Part shown: positions 32,208-40,749 of the stretch, one piece after another
How positions within the stretch are numbered: position 1 is the first letter of the stretch
How the letters are laid out: each line of letters opens with the position of its first letter
From: an uncultured Bacteroidota bacterium
GTDB lineage: Bacteria > Bacteroidota > Bacteroidia > Flavobacteriales > Flavobacteriaceae
Assembly (NCBI GenBank): GCA_902526165.1
Contig: CABZKA010000002.1
Coordinates: forward strand, 29,871 to 93,870
Reading direction: 5' to 3'
DNA: 64,000 bases
Notes under the pieces: model-generated
What the model was told of the DNA's origin: nothing
The model's input: the letters and a program-made list of their open reading frames with translations, nothing else
The model's database searches: none
Position numbers and translations under genes: made by a program

Positions 32208-32696
32208 TTAATTGGGATCTATTACAAATAATGGTTGATCAAATTCAACAGGTGTAGCATCGTCCACTAAAATTTTTATAATTTTACCTGATATATCTGA
32301 TTCAATTTCATTAAAAAGTTTCATAGCTTCGATAACACATAATGGTTGACCCTCTGAAATTTCATCACCAACATTGACAAAGTTGTCTTTATCGGGTGAA
32401 GGTTTTCGGTAAAAGGTTCCAATAATTGGCGATTTAATGGTTACTAAATTAGTTGTCGTTTCAGGTTGAGAGACAGGTTTAGAGTCTGTATTAACAACGG
32501 AGACAGGTTCAGGCTGAACAATAGTTTGTTGTGCTTGAGTAGGTATTACAGATTGTTGAACACCTTTAGGTGGTTTATCAACATTAAAACTTTTTCCTTT
32601 TATGTTGATTTTAAAGTCTTTGTTTTCAATAGTTACTTCGTTGACATCTGTTTTTGAAACGAACTTAATTAGTTGTTGAATTTGCTTAAAATTCAT
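32208..32696 (-). CDS. accB: Acetyl-CoA carboxylase biotin carboxyl carrier protein
   Basis: 162 aa. Pro/Gln-rich linker and the biotinyl-lysine motif [11 protein letters not shown]. Confidence 0.93.
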   Translation of the reverse strand: MNFKQIQQLIKFVSKTDVNEVTIENKDFKINIKGKSFNVDKPPKGVQQSVIPTQAQQTIVQPEPVSVVNTDSKPVSQPETTTNLVTIKSPIIGTFYRKPSPDKDNFVNVGDEISEGQPLCVIEAMKLFNEIESDISGKIIKILVDDATPVEFDQPLFVIDPN

Positions 32697-33081
32697 AATA
32701 AAGTGTATTTGAAAGACGAAAATCGTAAAAAAAGAGTAGAATAATGAAACAAAATCGTCTTTTTTTTTTAAAAAAGTATAAAAGATCTGAAATTATAAAT
32801 AAATTAAGTAAAAAAAAGACTTTTTATATATAAAGTAGTGTAGTAATAGACCTATTTTGTATTTTTTATGGAATAATATCAATTTATGTATATATTTTTA
32901 TATTTAATTTTAAATAATTTACTTTTTTTGCCTGTTTTTTTCTTTATATAGATTTTTTTTGAAGTTTTACGTACTAAAATCGTTTAAAATTAAAATAATA
33001 AGCTATTTATTGATTTATTTAATTGTTTTTTTAATTTTTAGTATCTTTTTAAACTAAAAAACTCTTTATTTTCTCAAAATT

Positions 33082-33483
33082 TTGATAAAAAACGTACTAA
33101 ATCCTGTAGAATACTATAAGAATCATACAATTTCCTATGGAAGTGCATCTTGGACATGGAGATGTAGAAATCCAAGATGTAGAGTGAGATTTCCTTTTTG
33201 GGGTCAAAGAAAATTTGATCAAATGTTTGATAAAAACTTGAAAGACAATAGTCACTTTAAATTTAACACACTAAATGGTAAAAAAGTTGGTTTTTCTGAT
33301 TGGTTTAAATCAGAGTACCATAAGAAATATACTGAGGCATACAACAAACATATTAAGGTATTTCCAAATAAACTCACTGGTAATATCTACTCTTATAAAT
33401 GCAAAAATTGTAGAATGGTTACAAAGTTTAAAGATGTAGTAGTAGATAGTGATGGTGGAGCTAGTATTGCAATTGGCTATTAG
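33082..33483 (+). CDS. Hypothetical protein with putative split zinc ribbon (C-x4-C ... C-x2-C)
   Basis: 133 aa from a TTG start. The start is uncertain because the first in-frame ATG is codon 48. Cys pairs CRNPRC and CKNC. Ends 3 nt before the next gene. I recognise no family. Confidence 0.45.
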   Translation: MIKNVLNPVEYYKNHTISYGSASWTWRCRNPRCRVRFPFWGQRKFDQMFDKNLKDNSHFKFNTLNGKKVGFSDWFKSEYHKKYTEAYNKHIKVFPNKLTGNIYSYKCKNCRMVTKFKDVVVDSDGGASIAIGY

Positions 33484-33486
33484 TCT

Positions 33487-34437
33487 ATGAGAATTTTTTT
33501 AATACTTTTTCTATTTACAATAACTCTTTCGGCTCAAATAAAAGAAAAAGTTTTTTTTGAAAGTGCCAATCCATTTGCAATGAGCAATGTGATTAACGAT
33601 TTAGATAATCAAGAAAAACAAGAAGTTTATGGAATACTTACGTTACCAATAGATTTTGTATCAAATCGAAAATATCCCCTAATAATAGGTGTTGCAGGAA
33701 GCTTGGCTTGGCGAGATCATCATTACGAATATTTAGATATGTATCAAAAAGCTGGTTTTGCAACTTTTGAATTAAAAAGTTTTAAAAGCAGAGACATTGA
33801 ATCAACAGTGGGGTCTCAAGTTGAAGTAACAACTGCCATGATGATCTTAGATGCATATCGAGCCTTAGAAAAGTTGTCAGAACATCCAAATATTGATAAA
33901 AATAAAGTATCAATTACTGGATGGAGTCTTGGCGGGGCTGTCTCATTGTTTTCAGCATGGTTACCTATAAAAAATGCGATTACAAAAAAGGTATCATTTG
34001 CATCACATTTACCTATATACCCACCCTGTTTTGTTGATCCAGAAAATACAGATTTCACAGACGCTCCAGTTCATATTTTAATTGGTGAAATTGACAACTG
34101 GACACCTGCAAAACCATGTACTGATTTCGTAAAAAAAATAAACAAAAAAGGTAATGTTGGGTTAACTATTTATCCAAATGCGCATCATTCATTTGATAGT
34201 AAATCTGAACTTACTCGAAACGAAAAGGGCTATAGCTTTAAAGATTGTATGTTTAAATTGAGTGAAGATGGTGATGTTCTAATGAATTATTTATCACTTC
34301 CAATGTCTTCACCTTTTATGCAAAAAATAGGATTTCTTTTTTGTGTTGAAAGAGGCGTAACTCTGGGAAGTAATCCTCAGGCCAGGGAAATGGCTTTTAA
34401 ATTTGCGAAAGATTTTATGAAAAAAACTTTAAAATAA
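33487..34437 (+). CDS. Secreted alpha/beta hydrolase (dienelactone hydrolase-like)
   Basis: 316 aa. Signal peptide, nucleophile elbow GWSLGG and a late HHSFD His block. Confidence 0.72.
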   Translation: MRIFLILFLFTITLSAQIKEKVFFESANPFAMSNVINDLDNQEKQEVYGILTLPIDFVSNRKYPLIIGVAGSLAWRDHHYEYLDMYQKAGFATFELKSFKSRDIESTVGSQVEVTTAMMILDAYRALEKLSEHPNIDKNKVSITGWSLGGAVSLFSAWLPIKNAITKKVSFASHLPIYPPCFVDPENTDFTDAPVHILIGEIDNWTPAKPCTDFVKKINKKGNVGLTIYPNAHHSFDSKSELTRNEKGYSFKDCMFKLSEDGDVLMNYLSLPMSSPFMQKIGFLFCVERGVTLGSNPQAREMAFKFAKDFMKKTLK

Positions 34438-34632
34438 TTACTCTTTCTCCTCCGCTGTATCAGCAAGCACCTTTCCTCTGTAGTAAAGCTTACCTTCATG
34501 CCAATGTGCTCTGTGGTAAAGATGATCCTGCCCAGTGGTTTTATCAGTGGCAATTTGAGATGTAGCAGCTTTGTAATGAGTTCTTCTTTTATCTCTCCTT
34601 GTTTTGGATGTTTTTCTCTTTGGATGTGCCAT
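34438..34632 (-). CDS. rpmF: 50S ribosomal protein L32
   Basis: 64 aa. [18 protein letters not shown]-terminus. Confidence 0.9.
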   Translation of the reverse strand: MAHPKRKTSKTRRDKRRTHYKAATSQIATDKTTGQDHLYHRAHWHEGKLYYRGKVLADTAEEKE

Positions 34633-34635
34633 GAT

Positions 34636-35157
34636 TTACTTCTTTAGTTCTTTAAGTTTATCCCAACGAGCGTCGAAATTACTATTTTTTTCTTTATTAA
34701 TATCAAATTCCTTTAATCTATTTAGTATTTCAGAGTCTAAAGTTCCCTTTTCAACATCAGGGTGAACATTTCTTATCGGCATTGATAAAACAATCATTTC
34801 ATAAAAATACTGGTCTAAATCTACTGAATGCGATCCGTGAGGAAGAACCAAAAGTTCATCATTCTCGTCATCGTACATATCTCCAAACTTTACAAGTAGA
34901 TCTAAATTTGAACTTATGTCGTATTCAAAGGGTTCATTAGTTAGTGTGCAATTTATATTAACACTTCCACTTCCTTTAAAATTTAATTCAAGTATTGTTG
35001 ATTTTTTTACTAATTCTATATCAATAATAATATCTGCACTATTAAAATCTGAATAATTGAATAATTCAAAAAACGATTTAAATAACGGAAACTGAAAACT
35101 ATGTTTTCCGTCTTTTAGACCAATAAACTTAATTGAAAACCTTTTTGATTTACTCAT
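34636..35157 (-). CDS. DUF177 (YceD-like) protein
   Basis: 173 aa. Conserved position immediately upstream of rpmF. Acidic C-terminal half typical of YceD. Confidence 0.78.
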   Translation of the reverse strand: MSKSKRFSIKFIGLKDGKHSFQFPLFKSFFELFNYSDFNSADIIIDIELVKKSTILELNFKGSGSVNINCTLTNEPFEYDISSNLDLLVKFGDMYDDENDELLVLPHGSHSVDLDQYFYEMIVLSMPIRNVHPDVEKGTLDSEILNRLKEFDINKEKNSNFDARWDKLKELKK

Positions 35158-35184
35158 TTTTTCAGAAACAGGAATGCGAATATA

Positions 35185-36186
35185 CTAATTTTTTCCTCTG
35201 TTTTTTACAATATCTATTGATGTTAATATTGCAGACTTGAACGAATCATGATTAGCAATATTTTTTCCAGAAATATCGTAAGCAGTTCCATGATCGGGAG
35301 AAGTTCTAACTATTTCAAGTCCAGCTGTAAAATTTACGCCTTTGCCAAATGTTAATGTTTTAAATGGAATCAATCCTTGATCATGGTATATTGCTACAAT
35401 TGCATCAAATTTCTTATATGATTGTGATCCAAAAAAACTATCACTTGCAAAAGGACCTTTGACGTCATATGAATCCAAATAAAGTTTATTTAAAACAGGA
35501 ATCAAAAGTTTTTGATCAGCATTTCCTATCACACCTTGATCACCAATATGAGGGTCAATTGATAATACGGCCACTTTGGGTTTTTTTATCCCAAAATCGT
35601 TAGACAATGATTTAAAAACTTCTTTGACTCTAAATTCAATTAAATTTTCATTTAGATGATCTTTTACACTACTTAGAGGAATGTGTTCTGTTAAAAGAGC
35701 GACTTTTATTTCTTCAGAAACCATGAACATTAAACTTGTTCCATTAAATTTTTCATTAAGAAAATCGGTATGACCTTTAAACTGAAAATCTTCAGATTGA
35801 ATATTTTTTTTATTAATTGGACCAGTAACTAAAGCGTCAATTTCTTTATTCTTTATAGCTTTTACAGCTGTAAACAAAGAATCTTTTGAGTATTTCCCGC
35901 CCTCAGCGGTTAATTTGCCATATGAAAGGTTTATTTCTTTATTATTAATTGGATAAACGTTAACATGATTTGTATCAAGACTATCAAAATCATCAACTTC
36001 TTTTAGATTCAAATCAATATTAAAAGAACGTATTTGACTCTCAATCAGTTCAAAATTTGAAAAGAGTACAACACAACATAAATCTAAAATGGATTTATCT
36101 GCCAATGACTTCAAAATAACTTCAATACCAATTCCATTTGGATCTCCAGTTGAAATTCCAATAATCGGTTTTGATTTTTTTAACAT
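35185..36186 (-). CDS. pdxA: 4-hydroxythreonine-4-phosphate dehydrogenase
   Basis: 333 aa. GDPNGIGIEV, GHTDFL and TSPDHGTAYDI blocks. Confidence 0.92.
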   Translation of the reverse strand: MLKKSKPIIGISTGDPNGIGIEVILKSLADKSILDLCCVVLFSNFELIESQIRSFNIDLNLKEVDDFDSLDTNHVNVYPINNKEINLSYGKLTAEGGKYSKDSLFTAVKAIKNKEIDALVTGPINKKNIQSEDFQFKGHTDFLNEKFNGTSLMFMVSEEIKVALLTEHIPLSSVKDHLNENLIEFRVKEVFKSLSNDFGIKKPKVAVLSIDPHIGDQGVIGNADQKLLIPVLNKLYLDSYDVKGPFASDSFFGSQSYKKFDAIVAIYHDQGLIPFKTLTFGKGVNFTAGLEIVRTSPDHGTAYDISGKNIANHDSFKSAILTSIDIVKNRGKN

Positions 36187-36233
36187 GCCTTTATTAATAT
36201 TGTGTATTTTTGGGCCTGTAAATATACGATTAT

Positions 36234-36818
36234 ATGTTCACAGGCATAATAGAAACAATAGGTGAAATAAAGCAAATTAAAAAAGATGGTAACAACATAG
36301 TCTTTACCATCAAATCTGAAATCTCATCGGAACTAAAAATAGATCAAAGTTTGTCCCATGATGGAGTTTGCCTAACAGTTATTGAAACAACAGAATCCTC
36401 ACACTCTGTTGTTGCAATAAAAGAAACTGCCTTAAAAAGTAATGTAAAAGAATGGGTAATTGGAAGTTTAGTAAACTTAGAGCGAGCAATGAAGCTTGGG
36501 GATAGACTTGATGGTCATATTGTTCAAGGACATGTTGATCAAACAGCAAAATGCACTAATATTTCCGAGGAAAATGGAAGTTGGTATTTTAACTTTGAAT
36601 ATGAAGAATCTGAAAACATTACTGTAGGAAAAGGATCTATTTCTGTAAATGGAGTTAGCTTAACAGTTGTTGAGTCAGGTCCGGGTAACTTTTCAGTTGC
36701 CATAATTCCATACACCTATGAACACACCAATTTCAAAAAACTTAATGTTGGATCAACCGTAAATATTGAATTTGATATGATTGGAAAGTATATTGCTAAA
36801 CTTATCAAAAAAAATTAA
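36234..36818 (+). CDS. ribE: Riboflavin synthase
   Basis: 194 aa. MFTGIIE start and duplicated lumazine-binding halves (DGVCLTV / NGVSLTV). Confidence 0.93.
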   Translation: MFTGIIETIGEIKQIKKDGNNIVFTIKSEISSELKIDQSLSHDGVCLTVIETTESSHSVVAIKETALKSNVKEWVIGSLVNLERAMKLGDRLDGHIVQGHVDQTAKCTNISEENGSWYFNFEYEESENITVGKGSISVNGVSLTVVESGPGNFSVAIIPYTYEHTNFKKLNVGSTVNIEFDMIGKYIAKLIKKN

Positions 36819-36821
36819 GGA

Positions 36822-37724
36822 TTGAATCGGACTAAAGTTTTGGCATTATTGGCTGCTACAACAGCCACAACTATATATGGATTAAACCATACAATAGCAA
36901 AAATGATAATGCCTATTTATATTGGTTCATTAGGACTTGTACTTCTAAGGGTTTTGGGGGCTACAATCATCTTCTGGATTTTAAGCCTTTTCATAAAAGG
37001 TACGCCAATTGAAAAAAAAGATCGATTTACGATTTTAAAATGCGGTTTGTTTGGCATGAGTATTAACATTGCAGCTTTCATAGCAGGACTGGACTACTCA
37101 ACTCCTGTTAACAGTTCTATATTAATAATTATTTCCCCGATCTTTGTAGTGCTTTTATCTTTTTTCATATTCAAACAAAGAATAAATTTTTATAAAATAT
37201 TTGGAATTTTTTTAGGATTTATTGGTGCTCTTATTTTAATTATAACTGCTGACACAAATAGTTCCATAGGCAGAAATATTCCGCTAGGAAATTTTCTATT
37301 TATTGTAAATAGTATTTCGTATGCATACTACTTAATTATTGTTAAACCAATGGCAGAAAAATATGATTTAATCACCCTACTAAAATGGCTTTTTCTCATT
37401 GGATTAATCTTTAATTTTCCATTAGGAATTAAGCAGTTTTTAAATGTTGAATGGACTAGCCTTCCAGCGCAAGAAGCAATTCTACCAATGATTTATGTAG
37501 TTATTTGTACCACATTTATGACATATCTATTTAATGCATTTGCTTTGAGTAAATTATCTTCTACTGAGGTTGCTGTGTTTATGTATTTGCAACCCATAAT
37601 TGGTGTATTATTTGCGGTTTTTACAAAATCTGATACAGTAACACTAACAATTTTCGTTGCCTCAATGCTAATTTTTTCAGGTGTATATTTAACAACTGTT
37701 CTGAAAGAGAAAAATCAATTATAA
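36822..37724 (+). CDS. EamA/DMT-family transporter
   Basis: 300 aa (TTG start). About 10 hydrophobic helices in two EamA-like halves. Confidence 0.78.
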   Translation: MNRTKVLALLAATTATTIYGLNHTIAKMIMPIYIGSLGLVLLRVLGATIIFWILSLFIKGTPIEKKDRFTILKCGLFGMSINIAAFIAGLDYSTPVNSSILIIISPIFVVLLSFFIFKQRINFYKIFGIFLGFIGALILIITADTNSSIGRNIPLGNFLFIVNSISYAYYLIIVKPMAEKYDLITLLKWLFLIGLIFNFPLGIKQFLNVEWTSLPAQEAILPMIYVVICTTFMTYLFNAFALSKLSSTEVAVFMYLQPIIGVLFAVFTKSDTVTLTIFVASMLIFSGVYLTTVLKEKNQL

Positions 37725-38504
37725 ATTAACTTTTCCCTTAAAATACGTCTTTGCTTTTCCATTAATTAAAACCCGATTGCCTAAATCTTCACAAAACATT
37801 TCGCCACCTCGCTCAGATAATTGAATACTTTTAAGTTTAGTTTTTTTTAGTATTTCAGTCCAATAGGGTACTAATGAACAGTGTGTAGAGCCTGTAACTG
37901 GATCTTCAAAAAAAGAACATTGAGGAACAAAATATCTTGAAACAAAATCTGATTTGGTTCCCTTTGATGTAATCACAACACCACCTGGATCCAAATTTGT
38001 TTTGTCGAATAATTCTTTGTCAATTTCAATATTTTTAATTTGCTCTTCATTATCATAAACCAAAACATAATCTCTTGCTTTCAAAACTTTGTTTGGCTTA
38101 ATACTTAAAGAGTCCATTATGTTTTTTGGCAATTCTGAATTTTTTGGTTTTCTGTGCGGAAAATCCATTTGTATATAATCACCATCAAATTTTACAATTA
38201 GCTCTCCACTCATTGAGTCAAAGATGACCTGGTTTTTTTTATAGTCAAGATGATTTTTTAAACAATAGGCGGTTGCCAGTGTTGCATGACCACACAGATC
38301 CATTTCAATTTCTGGAGTAAACCATCTTAAATAAAAACCCTCACCCTCTTTAATAAAAAATGCAGTTTCTGAGACATTGTTTTCCTTAGCAATTTTTAAC
38401 AGCAGTTCATCTGGCAACCAATTATTAAGAGGCATAACACAAGCAGGATTGCCTTTGAAAAGTTCTGATGTGAATGCATCTATCTGAAAAATATCTATCT
38501 CCAT
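37719..38504 (-). CDS. PhzF-family isomerase
   Basis: 261 aa. FQIDAFT...GNPACV N-terminus and CGHATLA block. Confidence 0.88.
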   Translation of the reverse strand: MEIDIFQIDAFTSELFKGNPACVMPLNNWLPDELLLKIAKENNVSETAFFIKEGEGFYLRWFTPEIEMDLCGHATLATAYCLKNHLDYKKNQVIFDSMSGELIVKFDGDYIQMDFPHRKPKNSELPKNIMDSLSIKPNKVLKARDYVLVYDNEEQIKNIEIDKELFDKTNLDPGGVVITSKGTKSDFVSRYFVPQCSFFEDPVTGSTHCSLVPYWTEILKKTKLKSIQLSERGGEMFCEDLGNRVLINGKAKTYFKGKVNL

Positions 38505-38565
38505 AATTATTACAAAATTAAACCTTTACCTTAATGTATTATCTTATATATAACAAATTCATAAA

Positions 38566-39156
38566 ATGAGAAAACTTATTGTAATTCTTGCACTGCTTTT
38601 AACTTATACCAATTCCTATACTCAGGACCAAGAACAAATGAGACAAATGGTCTTAGAGTACATGAAAAAAATTGGGATTGAAGATGACCAGATTCAAAAC
38701 TCAATGATGCTTGTTAGAAAAGTTATGATGGAGTATGTTAATGAAATGGAAATTTCAGAAGAATTAATCAAAAAATTAGAAAACTACAGTGATAAGCAGA
38801 GGCAAGCCCTAAAAGATCTAGCTAAAAAATTAATTAAATTAAGATCCGAAAATCGATCCAAATCAAATTTTAATAGCCCTAATAAACGTCAGGGACCTGC
38901 TAGACCAGATGTTGGTGATCCAATATTTGAAAACATTACAGAATATTTAAGAAAGCAAGGAATTAGCAGAGAAAATTTTAGAGAAGTTTTTAGTTCAGTC
39001 AGGAATATTAGATTGGGGTTTATAAAGTCCAATGACAAATCAAAATTTGAACCAAGTAAAAAACATGTTAAAAATCTAAAAAATTTAGGATTGACTGATG
39101 AATCAATAGAAAAAATTGTGGATTTAATAAAAGCAATAGTTAGCCTAGAAAAATGA
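38566..39156 (+). CDS. Secreted helical repeat protein, unknown function
   Basis: 196 aa. Signal peptide and three copies of a roughly 28-aa motif (see findings). Confidence 0.55.
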   Translation: MRKLIVILALLLTYTNSYTQDQEQMRQMVLEYMKKIGIEDDQIQNSMMLVRKVMMEYVNEMEISEELIKKLENYSDKQRQALKDLAKKLIKLRSENRSKSNFNSPNKRQGPARPDVGDPIFENITEYLRKQGISRENFREVFSSVRNIRLGFIKSNDKSKFEPSKKHVKNLKNLGLTDESIEKIVDLIKAIVSLEK

Positions 39157-39179
39157 AATTCAATAAATATTTATAATTT

Positions 39180-39209
39180 AATGGCTCTTTGATGAGCCAT
39201 TTTTTTTTT
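39180..39209 (+). terminator. Intrinsic terminator-like hairpin plus T10
   Basis: AATGGCTC-tttgat-GAGCCATT (8-bp perfect stem, 6-nt loop) followed by a T-run to 39209. Lies 24 nt after the upstream stop. Confidence 0.6.
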
Positions 39210-39947
39210 GAGAATTTTAGGTTTTTGATTTTGTGCTGGATAACATTAGGTCTAATTACCTTTATTTATTTAATGTATTCAAAAAAAAAGGCACCATACG
39301 GAAGACACATTAAAAAGAATCGTGGTATTCTAATTGACAACTCACTTGGGTGGTTTATTATGGAGCTCCCTGCTTTAATTATTATGCCCGTCTTGAGTTT
39401 GCAGAATGATAGTAATCCATTTGTATTATTAATTACCTTTTTTTGGTTTTTACATTATTTCAATAGGTCTATCATATTTCCTATGAGAATAAATACTAAA
39501 AAAAAGAGAATACCAATATTCATAGTTCTAAGTGCTTTTACATTTAATATAGTTAATGGTTTGTTTAATGGCTATCACATTTATCTAAATGTACCAGAAA
39601 CAAACCTTTTTGAATTTAATATTGTAATTGGTGCATTAGTTTTTTTTGTTGGGATGTTAATTAATATAACATCCGATAACAAATTAATTTCATTGAGGAA
39701 AGAGAAAATGGGTTACAAAATTCCGCAAGGCAAGATGTTTAAATATGTTTCATGCCCAAATTATTTAGGTGAGATAATTGAATGGCTTGGTTTTTTTATG
39801 ATTGTACCCAGTCTAACCTCACTGAGTTTTTTTCTTTGGACTTCATTTAACTTAATTCCAAGGGCTATAAATCATCACGAATGGTACAATAGAAAGTTTA
39901 AAAATTACCCAAAAAACAGAAAAGCTATAATTCCGTTTTTTTTATAA
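39192..39947 (+). CDS. Steroid 5-alpha-reductase family membrane protein (3-oxo-5-alpha-steroid 4-dehydrogenase-like)
   Basis: About 251 aa. APYGRH near the N-terminus and CPNYLGEIIEWLGF near the C-terminus. The ATG at 39192 (or TTG at 39189) lies inside the hairpin above. Confidence 0.75.
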   Translation: MSHFFFENFRFLILCWITLGLITFIYLMYSKKKAPYGRHIKKNRGILIDNSLGWFIMELPALIIMPVLSLQNDSNPFVLLITFFWFLHYFNRSIIFPMRINTKKKRIPIFIVLSAFTFNIVNGLFNGYHIYLNVPETNLFEFNIVIGALVFFVGMLINITSDNKLISLRKEKMGYKIPQGKMFKYVSCPNYLGEIIEWLGFFMIVPSLTSLSFFLWTSFNLIPRAINHHEWYNRKFKNYPKNRKAIIPFFL

Positions 39948-39971
39948 ATAAATTTTTAAATTTGAACAATT

Positions 39972-40310
39972 ATGAATGCATACAAAGCAAACCTTATAAA
40001 TTCCATTTCATTAATCGTTCTTGGTATTTGGGGCTATATTGAAGTATCCTCGGTTACAGCTCTAATTCCAACAGCTTTTGGGGCTGTTCTATTAGCTTGT
40101 AGTGGAGGAATTAAAAAACAAAATAAAATTATTGCACATGTTGCAGTGCTATTAACTCTGTTAATACTCTTCGCTCTTTTAGGTATGAGACTGCCAAAGT
40201 CAATAGAATCCGGGGGATTAGGTCTTTTAAGAGTCTTGGCAATGTGTATTACATGTACCCTAGCAATGATCTATTTTGTAAAGAGTTTTATAGCTGCAAG
40301 AAAAAAATAG
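39972..40310 (+). CDS. Small integral membrane protein, unknown function
   Basis: 112 aa with four hydrophobic segments. I recognise no family. Confidence 0.5.
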   Translation: MNAYKANLINSISLIVLGIWGYIEVSSVTALIPTAFGAVLLACSGGIKKQNKIIAHVAVLLTLLILFALLGMRLPKSIESGGLGLLRVLAMCITCTLAMIYFVKSFIAARKK

Positions 40311-40311
40311 A

Positions 40312-40479
40312 CTATTTTTTTTGAGGAAATCTTCCATAATTTCCCATCCCATCATAGTCGATTTCATTAGCTTTATCAGAATCTTTGTATCTATCTTTTT
40401 CTTCTTTATTAACAAGAAAAACACTAGCAATAACTAGGCAACTTACTAAAAAACCAATTATAAATAAATACAATTCCAT
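40312..40479 (-). CDS. 55-aa single-TM protein with charged tail (module copy A, gene 2)
   Basis: Hand translation: MELYLFIIGFLVSCLVIASVFLVNKEEKDRYKDSDKANEIDYDGMGNYGRFPQKK. Starts 2 nt after the preceding small gene. Resembles the 45-aa ORF at 45755-45892. Confidence 0.4.
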   Translation of the reverse strand: MELYLFIIGFLVSCLVIASVFLVNKEEKDRYKDSDKANEIDYDGMGNYGRFPQKK

Positions 40480-40481
40480 AG

Positions 40482-40655
40482 CTATTTATATACACTCTTA
40501 ATGTAGGAGCCAAAAGCCAAAATTGAGGGGACCCACAATCCTACATAAAAACCTTCTTCCTTAAAACCACTAAACCATAAACCAACAGATAAGGCAAAAG
40601 ATATTAATACTGCAAGAAGCAATAACTTATCTGACTTTTTGAATTTGGAGGACAT
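40482..40655 (-). CDS. 57-aa two-TM protein, LWFSG...WVPSILA family (module copy A, gene 1)
   Basis: Hand translation: MSSKFKKSDKLLLLAVLISFALSVGLWFSGFKEEGFYVGLWVPSILAFGSYIKSVYK. A clear paralogue of the 63-aa ORF at 45571-45762. Differences in the stretches I compared by eye are mostly synonymous or conservative, which supports real coding. Confidence 0.6.
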   Translation of the reverse strand: MSSKFKKSDKLLLLAVLISFALSVGLWFSGFKEEGFYVGLWVPSILAFGSYIKSVYK

Positions 40656-40749
40656 CTTTTTTTAATATTAGTTTAAATTAACTTATATATTTGTGATCGT
40701 AATATTAGTAAATATTTATAAATATTAAATTTAAAATATTATAAAATTC

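Noticed and set aside
32697-33081. Decayed fabH pseudogene in the long AT-rich spacer
   Set aside because: I found no extended reading frame or recognisable FabH motif in any frame by eye, and the sequence is dominated by A/T runs. I cannot exclude a remnant without a translated search.
36187-36233. Possible FMN riboswitch upstream of ribE
   Set aside because: The intergenic region is only 47 bp and AT-rich. That is far too short for an FMN aptamer, and no conserved GC-rich helices are visible.
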